A stretch of DNA of 64,000 bases from Gammaproteobacteria bacterium (GTDB lineage: Bacteria; Pseudomonadota; Gammaproteobacteria; GCA-001735895): positions 91,483 to 155,482 of the forward strand of contig JBNKUM010000024.1 of the NCBI GenBank assembly GCA_050298595.1, written 5' to 3'. The position numbers and the translations under genes were made by a program. Of the stretch, positions 60,694 to 64,000 are shown piece after piece; positions within the stretch are counted from its first letter, which is position 1, and each line of letters opens with the position of its first letter. The notes beneath the pieces were generated by a model that ran no database searches, had not been told where the DNA came from, and saw nothing but the letters and a program-made list of their open reading frames with translations.

Positions 60694-61746
60694 ATGAGCC
60701 AATACTGGACCCAGCTGGTCAATCAACTTGACCCCTATATACCCGGCGAACAACCGCAGGATCAGCAATACGTAAAACTCAATACCAATGAAAACCCTCA
60801 CCCCCCTTCTCCATGGGTGATTGAGGCTCTGAACAGCTACGACAAGCAACGTCTAAAGCTCTACCCTGACCCGGAATCTAAAAACCTGTGCAGCGCCCTG
60901 GCCAGGCGTTATGGCGTTGAGATGGAGAATGTTTTTGTTGGCAATGGATCAGACGAAGTACTGGCACATGCCTTTCAGGCCTTTTTCAAACAGCAAAAGC
61001 CGCTGCTGTATCCCAGCATCAGCTACAGCTTTTACCCGGTTTATTGTTGCCTGTATCAAATCGAATTTAACACCATTGATCTAAAACCAGATTTCACCAT
61101 TGATGTGGATGATTACCAGATCGACAATGGTGGCATCATCATCGCCAACCCTAATGCACCGACCAGCCGGGTACTCCCCCTGTCTGATATCGAGAAATTA
61201 TGTCAACGAAGCTCATCAGTAGTCATCATCGACGAAGCCTATATCGACTTTGGCGGTGAAAGTGCGATTGCCTTAACCCATAAATACGACAATCTGTTAG
61301 TCATACAGACCTTTTCCAAATCCCGCAGCCTTGCTGGATTACGCCTCGGTTATGCTATCGGTCACAAAGACCTGATTGAGGGATTAAATAGAATCAAGAA
61401 TTCATTTAATTCCTACCCGATTGATTCAATGGCGCAAGTGGCAGCGGTCGCTTCGATACAGGATGAAAACTACTTCCAGCAGGGCTGTCGGCAGATTATT
61501 GAAACCAGAGAGGTAATGACTCAACAACTGAGCGAGCTGGGGTTCAATGTACTGCCATCGGCCGCCAACTTCATCTTTGCCGAACATGCTACACGACCAG
61601 CTGAAGAGCTATATCTGGCGCTCAAGCAAAACGGGGTTCTGGTGCGTTATTTTAAAAAACCTGGTATCAGCAACTTCCTGCGCATCACCGTCGGTACGGA
61701 TGAAGAAGTGAATACGCTGGTTGAAAAGCTAAAAGCTATACTGTGA
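60694..61746 (+). CDS. hisC: Histidinol-phosphate aminotransferase
   Basis: KLNTNENP, GNGSDE, NPNAPT, DEAYIDF and TFSKSRSLAGLRLG motifs. Confidence 0.95.
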   Translation: MSQYWTQLVNQLDPYIPGEQPQDQQYVKLNTNENPHPPSPWVIEALNSYDKQRLKLYPDPESKNLCSALARRYGVEMENVFVGNGSDEVLAHAFQAFFKQQKPLLYPSISYSFYPVYCCLYQIEFNTIDLKPDFTIDVDDYQIDNGGIIIANPNAPTSRVLPLSDIEKLCQRSSSVVIIDEAYIDFGGESAIALTHKYDNLLVIQTFSKSRSLAGLRLGYAIGHKDLIEGLNRIKNSFNSYPIDSMAQVAAVASIQDENYFQQGCRQIIETREVMTQQLSELGFNVLPSAANFIFAEHATRPAEELYLALKQNGVLVRYFKKPGISNFLRITVGTDEEVNTLVEKLKAIL

Positions 61747-61828
61747 CGCTGATATAACTATCTGAAACCTGGACTCAACTCTAAAAGCAGGGGTTATAGA
61801 TCTGACGATTGCGGGTAGAATACGCTAT

Positions 61829-62683
61829 ATGCAACGCTATAAAATCTTACATCGCACCTATTATGGCTTTACCGGAAATGTTCAGCTCAAGCCACATGCT
61901 CTCAGATTGCGTCCACTGGAAGGTCATCAATTACGCATTGAATCCTCCAGGCTAAAGATTACGCCTGATGCCAGCATACGCTGGCAACGCGATATGGAAG
62001 ATAACTCGGTTGCTATCGCCAGTTTTGTCACCCCAAGCAGCCAGTTATTGATAGAAAGCGAGGTCATTATCCAGCAGTACGATGAAACTCCGCTGGATTT
62101 TCTGGTCGCTGATTATGCCATCAACTTCCCCTTCGAGTATCAGGAAGAGGACAAGGTGGTGCTATTACCCTATATGTTACTGACTCAACCTGAGCATGCC
62201 CCATTGCTGGCTGATCTGGTGGCAAAAATATGGAGCGGCGGTGAACAGCTACAGACCTATACCCTGTTGCAGCGACTCAATACCTATATCAATACAACCT
62301 TCGGCTATCAGGTGCGTGAAGAACCTGGCGTGCAAACCACACAACAAACGCTGTCACTGGGCACTGGTTCCTGCAGGGATTTTGCTTTTTTATTTATGGA
62401 GGTAGCACGCAGCATCGGCCTCGCCGCACGCTTTGTCAGCGGCTACCTGCACACACCCCCAACATTTACCGATAGCGGCTCAACTCATGCCTGGGCAGAG
62501 ATATATCTACCGGGTGTAGGCTGGAAAGGATTCGACCCCACGAATGGCAGCATAGTCGGCACCGATCACATTGCAGTTGCGGTAGCAAGGTTACCTGAAT
62601 CAGTGCCTCCGGTGTCGGGGTCATTCATCGGACCAGCAGGCGCTACACTCAATGTAGGTGTATGGGTCAGTGAACTACCCTGA
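61829..62683 (+). CDS. Transglutaminase-like family protein
   Basis: GSCRDFA, ARFVSGYL, HAWAEIY and FDPTN (Cys-His-Asp triad). Confidence 0.92.
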   Translation: MQRYKILHRTYYGFTGNVQLKPHALRLRPLEGHQLRIESSRLKITPDASIRWQRDMEDNSVAIASFVTPSSQLLIESEVIIQQYDETPLDFLVADYAINFPFEYQEEDKVVLLPYMLLTQPEHAPLLADLVAKIWSGGEQLQTYTLLQRLNTYINTTFGYQVREEPGVQTTQQTLSLGTGSCRDFAFLFMEVARSIGLAARFVSGYLHTPPTFTDSGSTHAWAEIYLPGVGWKGFDPTNGSIVGTDHIAVAVARLPESVPPVSGSFIGPAGATLNVGVWVSELP

Positions 62684-62758
62684 AAACGCATACCATCCCT
62701 GTAAAGGATTCACTTATAATACTCAGCAACCCGATAAAAATTTATAAGAAATAGCCAT

Positions 62759-63958
62759 ATGTTTCTCCTCCCTTACAGTACAGCCTTAACCTTAGCTCAT
62801 CCGCCCAAAGCAACCTATGCCACCGCAGCGCTTTGCACGATAGTCTTTTTTCTACAGCTTAGCTTCCCGATCACTGAACAATTATTGTACTACCCGGGAT
62901 CGTGGAACCCGGTCACCATGATTACCTCCTCTTTCATACATGGTGGCTGGCTGCATTTAATCTTTAACATGATATTTTTTCTGGCATTTACCCCGGCGCT
63001 AGAAGCGATTATTGGCAGTACAGTTCGATATATCAGCATTATTTTATTTCTCGCTTTTGTGGTCGGTATCTGTTACTCCCTGTGGACCCTGCTGGGTCTC
63101 TCTACCCCCTTGCCCACGCTTGGTTTTTCCGGTGTGGTGATGGGGTTTATCGGTCTTTCGGCCTATCTGATGCCACATGCCAGAATCCGGGTTTTCTGGT
63201 GGTACATCGTATTCTGGAAAACCCTCTACATACGCGCCTGGATTGTCGCCCTGTTTTTTATTGGTATAGATGCCTGGAAGATGTTTACTCTGGATGACTT
63301 TCAGGGAACCAATCTGGTCGCTCACGTCGCTGGAGGAATAGCAGGATATCTATACGGTTTTTTCTGGCTGACGGAAAGAAAACAGGAAATCGCCGATGAA
63401 CTCAACGAAGAAATCGAAGAGATGAAACAGGTTCAGCGTCATGGCATGGATAAAGGCATGCAGATACGCAGTAGAAAAAGACTTGATATTGAATTAGCTG
63501 AAAAAAAACAACTAATTGATCATGACCGTTTACTGGCCCAGGTTTATAAATTGGTAACGGCCAAACAGGATAGTTCAGCGATGGCATTATTGCTGCAGCC
63601 ATACGAACTGGAACAAATGACTAGTGCTCAGGTTGAGGTTATCTATGACAGGGTTAAGGCATGGGGCGCATCAAGAACGCTACTTTGCCTGGGACGTTTA
63701 ATGATATTTTTACTGGAACGAGAAAGAAACCAGGCACGCGCCATCTATTACATCAAACAATGTCAATTGATTAGCCCAGAGTTCCTGCTACCAGACCTTT
63801 CAAAAACCGTGTTATTTGCACAAATGTCGCTGTATACCGGAGATATCGAGGTTGCAAAAAACCTGCTCAACAAACCGAATAGCAGATACATTAAGTTTGT
63901 AAATATCAATGAGCTTAAGGATGTGATTCATCGACTTAAGATTGAAATGCAAAACTGA
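62759..63958 (+). CDS. Rhomboid intramembrane serine protease with C-terminal helical domain
   Basis: HGGWLHLIFNM, GFSG (Ser) and AHVAG (His) motifs. Confidence 0.9.
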   Translation: MFLLPYSTALTLAHPPKATYATAALCTIVFFLQLSFPITEQLLYYPGSWNPVTMITSSFIHGGWLHLIFNMIFFLAFTPALEAIIGSTVRYISIILFLAFVVGICYSLWTLLGLSTPLPTLGFSGVVMGFIGLSAYLMPHARIRVFWWYIVFWKTLYIRAWIVALFFIGIDAWKMFTLDDFQGTNLVAHVAGGIAGYLYGFFWLTERKQEIADELNEEIEEMKQVQRHGMDKGMQIRSRKRLDIELAEKKQLIDHDRLLAQVYKLVTAKQDSSAMALLLQPYELEQMTSAQVEVIYDRVKAWGASRTLLCLGRLMIFLLERERNQARAIYYIKQCQLISPEFLLPDLSKTVLFAQMSLYTGDIEVAKNLLNKPNSRYIKFVNINELKDVIHRLKIEMQN

Positions 63959-64000
63959 AAATTTTCTAACCTCAAGCATTAACCTCAGTAAAATTAAATT

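Overview
A 64-kb, gene-dense stretch of what looks like a marine gammaproteobacterial chromosome; the gene content suggests a sulfur oxidiser or chemolithotroph, but that is inference. In order it carries: rlpA-mltB-rodA-mrdA; a pyrophosphate cluster (hppA, adk, PPi-type pfk, ppa); a PP2C-TM-FGE fusion; an ArsS-type radical SAM gene with two glycosyltransferases; pyrD; small sulfur/metalloid genes; a TRAP transporter; an RND pump; OmpA; a membrane patatin; four GGDEF-domain proteins spread through the window; tamAB; cvfB, hisC and a rhomboid. I saw no rRNA, tRNA, CRISPR array or transposase. The best candidate for a new system is a stand-alone secreted cytochrome at 57081-57740. It follows the Geobacter OmcE nanowire subunit motif by motif (compared from memory), but has an inserted fifth CxxCH heme site with its own extra His, and sits behind an AT-rich promoter and a structured leader. 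Also notable is a MITE-like repeat family (11.7, 20.7 and 58.1 kb) whose copies carry 1, 0 and 2 nested ~46-bp modules and lie next to gene remnants. Several gene lesions are not shown in the ORF track: a thioredoxin pseudogene, a Rieske frameshift, an amber codon in a GGDEF gene, and an ATC start.
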